Assembly: GCF_964355755.1 (NCBI RefSeq) | Contig: NC_092679.1 | Span: 17,653,432-17,717,431, forward strand | DNA length: 64,000 nt | Direction: 5' to 3' | Source of the DNA: Antedon mediterranea | Lineage: Eukaryota; Animalia; Echinodermata | Shown: positions 39,408 to 50,992 of the stretch, piece after piece | How positions within the stretch are numbered: position 1 is the first letter of the stretch | Layout: each line of letters begins with the position of its first letter | Translations under genes and position numbers: made by a program | The notes under the pieces: generated by a model | What the model saw: only the letters and a program-made list of their open reading frames with translations | Told to the model about the DNA's origin: nothing | Database searches by the model: none

Positions 39408-40421
39408 GTACTGTGTAACACCATCTATCATTATTTCAACGTATTGGTAATTCATTTTTATTTTGACGCTGTTCTGAGCATGCATCATCAACCATATACT
39501 CAAAACTGAAGTCTCTTAAACTCGGAATTTCTTTAAAAAAAAAACTATAAATGTGTGGTCATATTCTTTTATTTTGCTAATAGTTTATCATAAGTCAGAA
39601 CATATAATATAAATCAATAAAACTATATAATTGTAATATAAAGTTCACATTGAGTTCACTTTATGTATTCTAGTAGCTTCGTTAATTTTATGTTAACGTT
39701 TTTTCTTTTTTCCCCTTTATTCTATTCCGCATTGTACAATTATGTTTGTATCTTTGTGTAAATACACACAATTATCACGAGTATTGATATTGTAAAACTG
39801 ACAAATTTTTTTGAAATTTGATACTGAAGACTAATAGATGTTTCTATTATGAGTATAACAATGCACGATTTACCCATGTTATGCATTCTGTAAGCCGTTA
39901 CAAACGGATTCACACACTTATAGGCTTTAACCTGGAGAAACCGCTAATCCAAAAAAAAAAAATTGTAGTTTTTTTAATTTTGTGTAAATTTCACTAAATG
40001 AAATAATGAAAAAATTAAAATTCTTTATTAATTATATTCGAATACTTTACATTGACCCCGCCTGCTCTTGAACGGGCCGAATTAATGTGCATTTTTATAT
40101 AGGCCTAAACGAAATATTAAGGACGGCCTCGAATAAAACCATTTTTATACATTTTTCATTGTACGACGCGGTACCGAAAGAAGGCCAATAAAAAGAACTT
40201 TGTAAGCATTTATTTTTTCAGTTCTTTATTAAAACAACAACAATACGGCTACAACCCACATTAAAAGATACCTTTGTAACCGTATAAAGAAGTCAACATA
40301 ATATTACTTAAATTGACAAGGGAGTGCCCATTCAGGCCAACACAAACTTAGTTTGCAACGTAAAGCTAACAATTGTTATTATGGAAGACGACGCTACGCT
40401 TTTCTTTAATTCGTTTCACAG

Positions 40422-40532
40422 ATCTCAAAAGATGTACATTTGCAACAGCAACTGATTCGACGAGAGCGGAACAGGCAAGCGGCAATGCGGTGCCGCGAAC
40501 GTCAACGACAACGCACAAACGCATTATCACAG
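40422..40532 (+). CDS. bZIP gene 2 (minimal JDP2/BATF-sized bZIP), basic-region exon
   Basis: cacAG|ISKDVHLQQQLIRRERNRQAAMRCRERQRQRTNALSQ|GTtaat; NxxAAxxCR signature. Confidence 0.92.
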
Positions 40533-40609
40533 GTTAATTTAATACAAATTTCCATAAATAAAACAATACCTAACATGTCAGTTAACAATAAAGCATGTTT
40601 AAAAAATGT

Positions 40610-41825
40610 TTCAACTAAACATGTTTCAACTAAACAAATGTTTAGCCTAAGAATGTTACAACTCAACATGTTTAAGAATATTGCAATTCAACATGTTTAA
40701 GAATGTTACAACTCAACATGTTAAAGAATGTTACAACTCAACATGTTAAAGAATGTTACAACTCAACATGTTGAAGAATGTTACAACTCAACATGTTGAA
40801 GAATGTTACAACTCAACATGTTAAAGAATGTTACAACTCAACATGTTGAAGAATGTTACAACTCAACATGTTGAAGAATGTTACAACTCAACATGTTGAA
40901 GAATGTTACAACTCAACATGTTGAAGAATGTTACAACTCAACATGTTGAAGAATGTTACAACTCAACATGTTGAAGAATGTTACAACTCAAAATGTTTCA
41001 AAGAAGATTACAACTCAACATGTTGAAGAATGTTGCAACTCAACATGTTGAAGAATGTTGCAACTCAACATGTTGAAGAATGTTACAACTCAACATGTTT
41101 AAGAATGTTGCAATTCAACATGTTAAAGAGTGTTGCAACTCAACATGTTAAAGAATGTTACAACTCAACATGTTTAAGAATGTTACAATTCAACATGTTT
41201 AAGAATATTGCAATTCAACATGTTGAAGAATGTTGCAACTCAACATGTTGAAGAATGTTGCAACTCAACATGTTGAAGAATGTTACAACTCAACATGTTA
41301 AAGAATGTTACAACTCAACATGTTAAAGAATGTTACAACTCAACATGTTAAAGAATGTTACAACTCAACATGTTAAAGAATGTTACAACTCAACATGTTA
41401 AAGAATGTTACAACTCAACATGTTAAAGAATGTTACAACTCAACATGTTTAAGAATGTTACAACTCAACATGTTGAAGAATGTTACAACTCAACATGTTG
41501 AAGAATGTTAAAACTCAAAATGTTTCAAAGAAGATTACAACTCAACATGTTGAAGAATGTTGCAACTCAACGTGTTGAAGAATGTTGCAACTCAACATGT
41601 TGAAGAATGTTGCAACTCAACATGTTGAAGAATGTTGCAACTGAACATGTTGAAGAATGTTGCAACTGAACATGTTGAAGAATGTTGCAACTGAACATGT
41701 TGAAGAATGTTACAACTCAACATGTTGAAGAATGTTACAACTCAACACGTTCTAAAGAAGATTACAACTCAACATAGGAATGTTACAACTCAACATGTTC
41801 CAAAGAAGATTACAACTCAACATAT
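40610..41825. repeat. 25-bp minisatellite (gaatgttacaactcaacatgtt(g/a)aa), about 45 copies, filling the last intron of bZIP gene 2
   Basis: 25-nt periodicity is directly visible. Confidence 0.95.
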
Positions 41826-41966
41826 TCCAATAATTATGTTGCTATGTGTACAAACACAGGATCAATTTAATGTATTCGCCAATAAACACGAAATTAGATG
41901 GCAAACACTTAAGTTAAGTTTAATAATAGTAGTCTTACTGACGTACTTTTAATTTACTTTTTAAAG

Positions 41967-42104
41967 GAAGTACGAAGTCTTGCAGATACAAACTTAAGTT
42001 TACGAAGACAGATATCACAGTTACAGTTGGAGGCAGAGGCTCTTAACATTCTACTACATGAACATAATAACACTAACGAATGTATGGTTGGAAAAGGCAG
42101 TTAG
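41967..42104 (+). CDS. bZIP gene 2, zipper/terminal exon (spliced protein ~114 aa)
   Basis: ttaaAG|EVRSLADTNLSLRRQISQLQLEAEALNILLHEHNNTNECMVGKGS*; Leu heptads with H...C after the zipper. Confidence 0.88.
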   Translation, partial: EVRSLADTNLSLRRQISQLQLEAEALNILLHEHNNTNECMVGKGS

Positions 42105-43578
42105 TAAATTAACTAAAATGTTTCTCAGGGATGTATGATGGCTTAAAAAACAATGTATATAGTTTAATTTATTGTACTTTAAATGGGGATACAGTTTTTT
42201 TAGATACAAATAAAGAATAATTCTTTGATTTTTCGCAATTCTTACCAAAGAATAATTCAAATTAAAGTCCTGTCATAAGGATAGATTAGGATTAATTAGT
42301 ATTTGTAGAAGCTAGATACTCTATACCAAAGATCTCCTCAATAAGTTGCTCTAATATCATACTACAATTTTATAAAGGCTATAATTAGGAGGATAAATGT
42401 GTTCAATTAAAATAATGTACGTATTCAAGCTAGCTACTCGTTAATACATTTACGCATGCTCATAAGTTTACTGATACCTATAGATAATTACTTACATGGA
42501 CCAACAACGCCAATTTCCGTGCCTCCTACAACACTAATACAAATCATGTTTCACAATGTTTAAAAGAACAGATAGCAGGATATGTCTGTATTTTCCGTTC
42601 AGTCACTCTTAATTTGTACGTCTGGTCAAATCGTGACCAATTTGTCAGAGTCACTAGGCATATATCTTATTAAGTTTGCAATGATGTTCAATTAAGTAAT
42701 AGCGAACTGTCGTTTCGGAACAGGCAGTGGTGTAACGGTTATGAGCGCCCACTGGCTAAACCCAGGGGCCCGGGGGAAAAGGCAAAAGAATAATGTCGGC
42801 GTTGGATGGCCACTTAGCGTCCCTACACCAGTGGCCTCAGACCTCTGGGGACAGGACGAGCGTTTATCGACCAACTCAAACGAATGAACGGAACTGGGTA
42901 TACTGGGATTGCATGCATGGGTATCTTTTGTACAAATAATTGCCGTCTCAAAACGAAAGTTCGTCGGATGTTATACGAGGATGAATAGGTCGATGGCCTA
43001 TAAGGGAACCCTATTCAATAAATTCACCGACATCTAATTCTTTACAGAGGGCGTATGCTTAGCAAGCAAAAGACCTTTTCAACCGTTTACATAATTATCT
43101 ATTTATTGTTTTAACTATTTAATATATTTTAAATAAATGTAAAGTATTTATAAATGTATATTCGATATTGTTTTTTTCATATATTAATATTTTAGGAAAA
43201 AAAACAATGGTTTAAAGAATTATCAGCTTCAAGAACTTGCAAACTTAAAATATAATAACAATAATGCAGCGTACCAACCAACAATACTTTATTTTTGTAA
43301 AAACCTAACAAAATTATGAAGAAAAAAAACCAATGTAAATTTGTAAATATACGATCACTAATAATACCAGCAAATATTGTAAAATTACAGAATTACTACC
43401 AACTAAAATTAATTACCGGAACTGACGCTTACGCATGGTCAACAAACTTTCTGTATTTATATATTTGTCGTCTATATTCGACGATGGTTCTTCGATTAAT
43501 ATGATCCATCCAATAATAGGTTCCCGAAAATTCAAAACCTGTTCTTAGTCAGTGAATTTCACCAGGACATTTGTTCAA

Positions 43579-43842
43579 TCATGAGACAAGATAGAAATCC
43601 GTTTTAAAGTCCGTATTCTTTGCTGATGAAGATACTCTACCACTTTTCTTTATGGTAAGAAATCTGCCATTAGCCGTTGCGTTCGTTGATTTTGCAATAT
43701 TGGCTAGATCCACACGATGTTGTTGAGCATTGTTATCGAACTGTATTAATGATCTGAATGAAACAAAACAGGAATCTAGCTTGAAGTATTCCCGCCACAG
43801 AATATCAAAATTATGTTCGGAGAGAATGCGTGACCGCGTGTT
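43579..43842 (-). CDS. FGF-like paralogue C, coding exon 3
   Basis: tttCAG|NTRSRILSEHNFDILWREYFKLDSCFVSFRSL...GRFLTIKKSGRVSSSAKNTDFKTDFYLVS*. Confidence 0.9.
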   Translation of the reverse strand, partial: NTRSRILSEHNFDILWREYFKLDSCFVSFRSLIQFDNNAQQHRVDLANIAKSTNATANGRFLTIKKSGRVSSSAKNTDFKTDFYLVS

Positions 43843-43867
43843 CTGAAAATAAACAAAAGCATTCTGT

Positions 43868-44155
43868 GAGTGAGTGAGTGGCCGAGCGGTTAAGACAGTG
43901 GAACCGTAATTACGTAGCCATAACATCGGCAGGGTTCGAGTCTCACTCATGGTTCCGGTGGTAAAACGAGTCTTCTCGGATAAGGACTATAAACCGTAGG
44001 TCCAGTCTAGCTAGCTCGTGTACACTTTAAAGAACCTAGTACATATTTTGAGACGAGTAGGGGGTTACCCCGGTGTATTAGTACATCACAGCCACTTATC
44101 ATAACTAAGCCCTCTGGGAGACCAGTCTTTGACTGAAGAGGTTACCCAGTATAAA
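43868..44155 (+). mobile_element. Full-length tRNA-derived SINE with Deu-domain-like core, in FGF-C intron 2
   Basis: TGGCCGAGCGGTTAAG A box, GGGTTCGAGTC B box, 'tcggataaggactataaaccgtaggtcc...ttaaagaacc...gagtagggggttaccccggtgt', resembling the Deu/Nin domain. Confidence 0.8.
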
Positions 44156-44423
44156 TATATATTTCAATTCCAATCATTTACAAACAAAAAGCACACAACA
44201 CTAAAACTTTAGGCAAGTAATACATGTGTAAAGTGTCATTTTATTCCATCACGAGCCTTTACTCACATTCCTTCCGCAAATTTGTGGCTGCTGTTTTATA
44301 GCCAAACGTAGGCCTACAGTTTGACGTTTGATGATTACTGTCGACACCCACCGCAGATGAGTGCAAACTCCGTAGATCTGTTTGGCGTTAGTTATGTGAA
44401 AGGATTATTATTATTCTACTTAC

Positions 44424-44530
44424 ATTTCTAGCAGATATCCTCCCACGTCTTCCTATTGATAAGTAAAGCCCTGTCTTTGTCCCTCTGATTATTAACAAAT
44501 TCGGTCCAACCGCAAATGTTGTCATTCGTG
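44424..44530 (-). CDS. FGF-like paralogue C, coding exon 2
   Basis: 107 nt; (T)RMTTFAVGPNLLIIRGTKTGLYLSIGRRGRISARN|GTaagt. Confidence 0.92.
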
Positions 44531-44992
44531 CTGAAAGTCAATTGGATGATATGTTATCCTTCATCTTGTTTCCACTAAGGACGGACGCAAGGACGTAATA
44601 ATGATTATTCTTTCTTCTTTATAACTGCCGCTTGCCATTGGTCAACTTCATAGTGGGAAACAAGCTTACATAGAAGAAACTTACAGAAGAAAATTATTCT
44701 CAAACATCGTGGTTTTCGACATTTTGATCAAAAGTTCATTGTATCGAAAATTGGATCGTCCATGTTTGGAATGGAACTCTCCGTTAAATATCTGAAAAAA
44801 TTATCAAGACTGTATCTCCTTATGACAACATTTGTCTGTGATACAGAATATCATTTCTATCATATTGGGTATCTGTATCATGAACAGGTAAAGGTTAGGG
44901 TCTATGGTACAGGATTGCGGTAATGGAGATACAGCCCCGAGAATCTTTTCAGATATTTTCCCATTAAATACACATAAGCCTAATCTACTCAC

Positions 44993-45269
44993 TGTATTTA
45001 TCATTAAAGACATCGGTACCACGAACGTCTCCATTGGGTCCAATACGAAGAAATAACCCAGTTCTTGATATAATTCTCTTCACACCTTTCGGGTTCGCAT
45101 AGACATTTATACCACTTGAATATTTTGTATAACTTTGTAGGCCTACGCCGTCATTCATAATACTATCAAATCCCAACTCGTGGTCCAAGCCAAGCGACGC
45201 GTTTAAATGCTGAGCTAGTGCCATAGAATAATGCATCCCTGTCAACAGCAAGTATATTTTCAAAAGCAT
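44993..45269 (-). CDS. FGF-like paralogue C, coding exon 1 (spliced protein 215 aa)
   Basis: MLLKIYLLLTGMHYSMALA signal peptide; KRIISRTGLFLRIGPNGDVRGTDVFNDKY; phase-1 donor A|GTGAGT. Confidence 0.92.
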
Positions 45270-45589
45270 TACCTAGTAAACAAAGTAGTATAATGTTCTA
45301 AATGAAACTGTGAAAGTGTTTTACACACGTTGATAGGTCTAAATGATTGTTTTACTATTTTCTCCACACACTTTTAACATTATATAATACAGACATTACG
45401 TAATTTCGTTATACGTTTGTATAAACGTGTGTGAAAAAATGATATTTAGTTGCAAAAACTAAAACTTTTAAAAGCTACTAATATAGAAACAAAGTTACAT
45501 AATATAATTTTACATTAAAACACAAATCTAAAATAATGATTCTATTGCATTTTCTGGCATATTAGAATACTAATGCAACAAGTGAAGAT

Positions 45590-46060
45590 AAAAAACAAAC
45601 AAAATAAATGGAAATTGCTAGATGAACGTAAAGCTTGTATTATGTACAAATATATACATGGTATTGCACCTCCCCGTCTGTGCAACGATATTGAAATGGT
45701 TTACGAGATATTCCCAATCTCTGAATGTTATACCACCTATGCCAAATTGCTTGTTAATGAACGGATCGCTAAAGATAGCAGGAGCAAAAGCTTGGAATAA
45801 AATCCCTGTAAAAATTCAACAAAGTTTGTCTATAAATATTTTTAAAATTATTATAAAAAGCATTTCTTTAAAAAAAAATTGTATTTCCAACGTATTATTA
45901 TTAACGTTCTATGTTTTCTAATTGTTATATTTTTTTTCTATTTAATTTTTATAGTTATTTCATTGCAGGACCATATTGAAAAACAGAAATGTTGTGATCT
46001 TTCTTTTCTAAATTATGTTATCCTGCCTAAATATGTTTTAATAAAATAAAATGAAATGAA
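45590..46060 (+). mobile_element. 3' remnant of a CR1/L2-clade LINE
   Basis: Frameshifted 'MYKYIHGIAPPRL...SLKIAGAKAWNKIPVKIQQSLSINIFK', typical of the L2/CR1 ORF2 C-terminus; aataaaataaaatgaaatgaaa tail. Confidence 0.7.
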
Positions 46061-46070
46061 AAAGATCATC

Positions 46071-46965
46071 AGAGTCGAGTGGTCGAATCAAGAGGTCGAG
46101 TCGAGTCTTCGGGCCGCGAGTTGTCGAATTGAATGGTCGAGTAGAGTCTTCGAGTCGAGTCTTCGGGCCGCGAGTTGTCGAATTGAATGGTCGAGTAGAG
46201 TCTTCGAATCGAGTTTTCGGGCCGCGAGTTGTCGAATTGAATGGTCGAGTAGATTCTTCGAGTCGAGTCTTCGGGCCGTGAGTTGTCGAATTGAATGGTC
46301 GAGTAGAGTCTTCGAGTCGAGTCTTCGGGCCGCGAGTTGTCGAATTGAATGGTCGAGTAGAGTCTTCGAGTCGAGTCTTCGGGCCGCGAGTTGTCGAATT
46401 GAATGGTCAAGTAGAGTCTTCGAGTCGAGTCTTCGGGCCGCGAGTTGTCGAATTGAATGGTCGAGTAGAGTCTTTGAGTCGAGTTTTCGGGCCGCGAGTT
46501 GTCGAATTGAATGGTCGAGTAGAGTCTTCGAGTCGAGTCTTCGGGCCGCGAGTTGTCGAATTGAATGGTCGAGTAGAGTCTTCGAGTCGAGTCTTCGGGC
46601 CGCGAGTTGTCGAATTGAATGGTCAAGTAGAGTCTTCGAGTCGAGTCTTCGGGCCGCGAGTTGTCGAATTGAATGGTCGAGTAGAGTCTTCGAGTCGAGT
46701 CTTCGGGCCGCGAGTTGTCGAATTGAATGGTCGAGTAGAGTCTTCGAGTCGAGTCTTCGGGCCGCGAGTTGTCGAATTGAATGGTCGAGTAGAGTCTTCG
46801 AGTCGAGTCTTCGGGCCGCGAGTTGTCGAATTGAATGGTCGAGTAGAGTCTTCGAGTCGAGTTTTTGGGCCGCGAGTTGTCGAATTGAATGGTCGAGTAG
46901 AGTCTTCGAGTCGAGTCTTCGGGCCGGGAGTTGTCGAATTGAATGGTCGAGTAGAGTCTTCGAGC
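46071..46965. repeat. CpG/TCGA-rich 54-bp minisatellite, about 16 copies
   Basis: Unit gagtcgagtcttcgggccgcgagttgtcgaattgaatggtcgagtagagtcttc; 18-aa periodic ORFs on both strands. Confidence 0.95.
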
Positions 46966-48369
46966 TGACTCATAGTATCACTGGTATTTTTTATTCAATA
47001 CAAAGTAAATTTTTTTTCTTCGATAAAAAGTTACAAATATATCTAAATATTCATAAAACCATTTTTTTTATCTTTAGATTCTCTGTAATTTGTTCAGTAT
47101 CTTATATGTTTTCGTGATACAGTATCACATATTCGTTACATGTTACGTTGGTTTTCTCAGGAGAATCCTATATCTTACCATTTCTAATCACTTTCTACTG
47201 TCTTCTCAGGGTCAGAATAGCAGTAAGCATTAATAGTTCTTGTCCCTCACAATTCAATCTTGGTCCTGGTCATATTGTTATCCATTCAAAATACTGTTGC
47301 TCCCAAAAAATCGTAATATCCACAGACAACACAAAACAAATAATATTTTTACAATTTACAACAAAAGTGCTGCATTGTTAAAAGCTAGCTTGAGTGTTAC
47401 TAATACATAACAAAATCTTAGCACACAGAAGTACAGATAGCATATAAAAAACACTACCAGTAACATTTCTAAAATAGCATAACAAGTAATATTTTCCGAT
47501 GTAGTAAAAATCTCAATCAAATTCAGACGGTAAATTAGGCTTGTTTTCTGTAATTTATTCTCTAACGAATGTAAGCGTAAAGTTGTTGATTAATTTGAAT
47601 ACGATCCTAAATCTTTCATTCAAGTCTTCTGGATTGTCTGCACATGCTCTATAGGTGGCGATATACATCCGGTTTTGGTTTTAAAGCTCATGTACAGGCA
47701 TGCATTTTAATATAATATCTGGTTAATTGTACATAAATTAAACATTTGTATAGAAATCAAGACGAAAAAACATGAATTTCCCTTAAAACACCAGGAACAC
47801 TTTTTTTAGTAGTTAGGTAGTTTAACCTAATGTAATAACATGTCTGGTGACTCTATAGAAAATTTAGAAAAGATGGTGGATATACGGTGGATAATTTGTG
47901 GTATAGCATGAAAATAAAACTCTGAAGTTGAATAAAAATACTAGAAACGTAAAATTTAAGTTATATTGCCTATATTTAGTCGTCTGATAACATTTTTTAC
48001 CCACCGTATTTTTGTCACCCGGCCTTTAAAAGACTGGTGGCATTTGGCAGACCAGTTACACCCCGAGTAAACTTGGTTTGATTCAACCATTATTGTTTTC
48101 TCCGTGAGGAGGTGTTCTTACTCTTTATGGCCAATCAAAACAACAACAAACAACTACAAAGTCAGTGGCAGGAAACACAAAGGGGAACTAAATCCCTATG
48201 ACAAGAGCCTGTGAATCCTCTTACCAAGTAGCACATAAAGATAAAATATAGAATTTCAATAAATATATCGGAAATATCCACACAAGAACTATCAAAAAAC
48301 CATTCATAAAAATACAAAAAACAAGCTGAAAAGTAAAAAAAAACTTTACTCTGAGTAGAAATTCATTTT

Positions 48370-48545
48370 TAAGTTTAAATAAAAAATGTTGGAAAATTAT
48401 TCATTAAAAATAAGTCCTTGACTTCGTCTTGGATTTCTTCCCACAATCGCGGGAAAATGTGAATCACTGATCGATGCAGGCAGTTAGTTCGTGGATACAA
48501 GTGTCTGAAACTTAAGGTTTCTAGACGACGTGTATTGACGCAAAC
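48370..48545 (-). mobile_element. Short LINE 3' remnant
   Basis: 'NTR...YPRTNCLHRSVIHIFPRLWEEIQDEVK' resembles an L2/CR1 ORF2 C-terminus; abuts a HINE fragment at ~48555-48650. Confidence 0.5.
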
Positions 48546-50056
48546 ATTTTGACAGCTCACTATGTCCGTCGGTTGGTCGGTCGGTCGGTTGGTTGATCGG
48601 TAAACACTAACTTAAGCACGCGACTGCAACCATGTATATGGCCTCTTGTTACGGATACTTTCACAGTCTATGTACCCCATTAGCGTTTACAGACAAAATG
48701 ACACAGAAAAGTACCGTTGGCTCTACGGCTGGATAACCGGACCAATTCAGTTGTCCTAATCTAAGATCATAATCTATATCACCCCTTCTCTGTTTCAATT
48801 CTAGCCTAGTGGCTCTCTACGTTGAACAGATTTAATCTTATCAATCAACTTAAAAGTTTGAGGAAGCCGATTCCATACTCAAGTATGGGAATAGTAAGTG
48901 CACGGTATAATGAAAATATAGCTGCAGACGAGGTGCCTCCGGAAATACTTGCAATATAACCAAGCATCCTATTAGCACTTGCAGTGTTAGAGTGCTAGGG
49001 TCATACTAGAGAAAAGTAGTAGCCTAGAAAACGATGGATGGAGTAAAAATGTAACAGCTTTTATCATTCAGTTTCCATAGTAGGCTATCCGATTGTGTTT
49101 TTGCTTGTTTTTTGTGAGGGATGCTACTGTGTGTATAGCAAGAATATCGGAATCAAAGAAAATACATTGTGTATCTGTTATAAAATATCTTATTTATAAT
49201 ATCATGCCTTTATATTAATGTGTTATTACAAATAGCATTAATTATCAAAACGGAAATAACTATAACACACTACCAGTACAATAAGAGTTATGAAGAGATA
49301 TTAAATTTAATAATGTCATGATCGTCTAAACATCGTCACAATTTGTATTACAGTGAAATACAGAATTACAATTATAATCTTTAGGCCCGTGTTTATTTAT
49401 TATTATTCAAAAATATATTATCTCATGTTAAATAAATATACTTACATCATTTATTATGATATGTTATTATACTAAAAAAATAAATTGCCATATTGCAAAG
49501 CTATTAACTTGATTTTTAAAAAGTGTGATGTTCCCAAATATGGTGATGATATGCCCATTTATGAACACATTATTTGGTCAAACTAGTTTGATAGTGTAGA
49601 CAGAGGTTTAGCTTAAATTTTTACAGTTTATTCGTATCCATCCAAGTTGGATTACTATTTGAAATGTATTATATATGGCTCTGAATTATAGTATATTTTA
49701 GAGCCCTCTATCGCCTATTATTATAGAACCGCTTCTATAACCGAAGCTAGGTAAATTACTTACTTCAGTTTTTGGCTCAAAATAACGAGTTTAATTGATT
49801 TTTCTTTCGTATTCAAATATATCTAGTAATTATATCAGAATAAAAATCACAGCGTCTACTTTAGGTGTCTAGTTTATCAACAATTAGCGCCCTCTATTAA
49901 TATTATTATAGAGCCCTCTATCGCCTTTTAAAGCCATCGTGTTAACTTAAGTTTCTAGTTAAAATAATACTTTAAATACTTTAGTTTACTTTACTTATTT
50001 TAATATAATAGCATACATTTTTTTGGGGGGGGGAATTAATTGACTTGCTTTTAAAA

Positions 50057-50296
50057 TTACGATATGCCTATCAGGAAAAAATTGTTTTTGAAGTCTGTAT
50101 CGGTTTCTGAGGAGGTCACCCGGCCACTCTTATTAATGGTAAGGTACCGACCCTGTTTTACCATACCGGGTGTATCCACGTTTTTCGTATAAAACAGCCT
50201 GAGTGATTGAAATGATACAAAACATCCGGGATACTGGTATTTTTCTCTCCAAAGAATATCAAAGTTTTGTTCAGATAGGATACTTGATTGTGTATT
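50057..50296 (-). CDS. FGF-like paralogue D, coding exon 3 (absent from the ORF track)
   Basis: tttttAG|NTQSSILSEQNFDILWREKYQYPGCFVSFQSLRLFYTKNVDTPGMVKQGRYLTINKSGRVTSSETDTDFKNNFFLIGIS*. Confidence 0.92.
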   Translation of the reverse strand, partial: NTQSSILSEQNFDILWREKYQYPGCFVSFQSLRLFYTKNVDTPGMVKQGRYLTINKSGRVTSSETDTDFKNNFFLIGIS

Positions 50297-50736
50297 CTAA
50301 AAAAAAATGAAAATTATAGTTACAATGACAATGTATTCTTTTCTTTCGGAGAACATAAACTAATTGTACAATAAGTATCATCTTATTCTAAGTATAAAAC
50401 CAATCAAAGAAAAGGGGATATTAGCATTAACAACATGCTACTCGATTTTTATTTATTTATTAATGTTTATTCCATACGCATTAACAGTGAGCAACGCGCC
50501 AATTACAGGATGGATAAACTTTATAGTTTATCGTGAGTTTAATCTAAATTGAGGCTTATGGGGTGGCATGGCGAAGAGTTGTGAATTACCACCCTGGCAA
50601 CAGGGCAAGATTAAACCCTGGACCCTGAGATTGGAAGGCAAGCACGTTAACCACCAGGCTACTCAGCTCCACACTCTGAGCACTTGATTTATTAGACTTG
50701 CCCCAAGTCTGTATTCATTGTCTTTTTTTTATTAAA

Positions 50737-50767
<31 letters not shown>

Positions 50768-50885
50768 CTATGTTTTTATTTCGAATTTTGTCAAGCTCAA
50801 GTAGTATACCTATGAAACGCCATATGTGCCAAAATAATGATCTTTTAACTAATATTAAGACATTAGTTTATCTACTTATTCTTAC

Positions 50886-50992
50886 ATTTCTCGCCGTTAT
50901 CTTGCCGCTTTTACTGATTGATAAGTAAAGGCCTGAATTCGTACCACGAATGACGATCAAACTAGGACCGACGGCAAATGCTGTCACGTGGA
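50886..50992 (-). CDS. FGF-like paralogue D, coding exon 2
   Basis: 107 nt; (V)HVTAFAVGPSLIVIRGTNSGLYLSISKSGKITARN|GTaaga. Confidence 0.92.

Noticed and set aside
42715-43080. GC-richer block between the convergent bZIP-2 and FGF-C 3' ends as an ncRNA
   Set aside because: Only an A-box-like start (GGTGTAACGG) is visible; could be an old SINE, and there is no second copy or structure to support a call
43843-43950. N-terminal part of ORF 43579-43950
   Set aside because: Intronic SINE sequence upstream of the true acceptor at 43843
46056-47117. 353-aa ORF, the longest in the window
   Set aside because: A 54-bp tandem repeat open on both strands, with no splice or domain support
50590-50672. 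tRNA-like sequence on the minus strand
   Set aside because: Degenerate B box and no clean cloverleaf; probably an old SINE head, too weak to annotate
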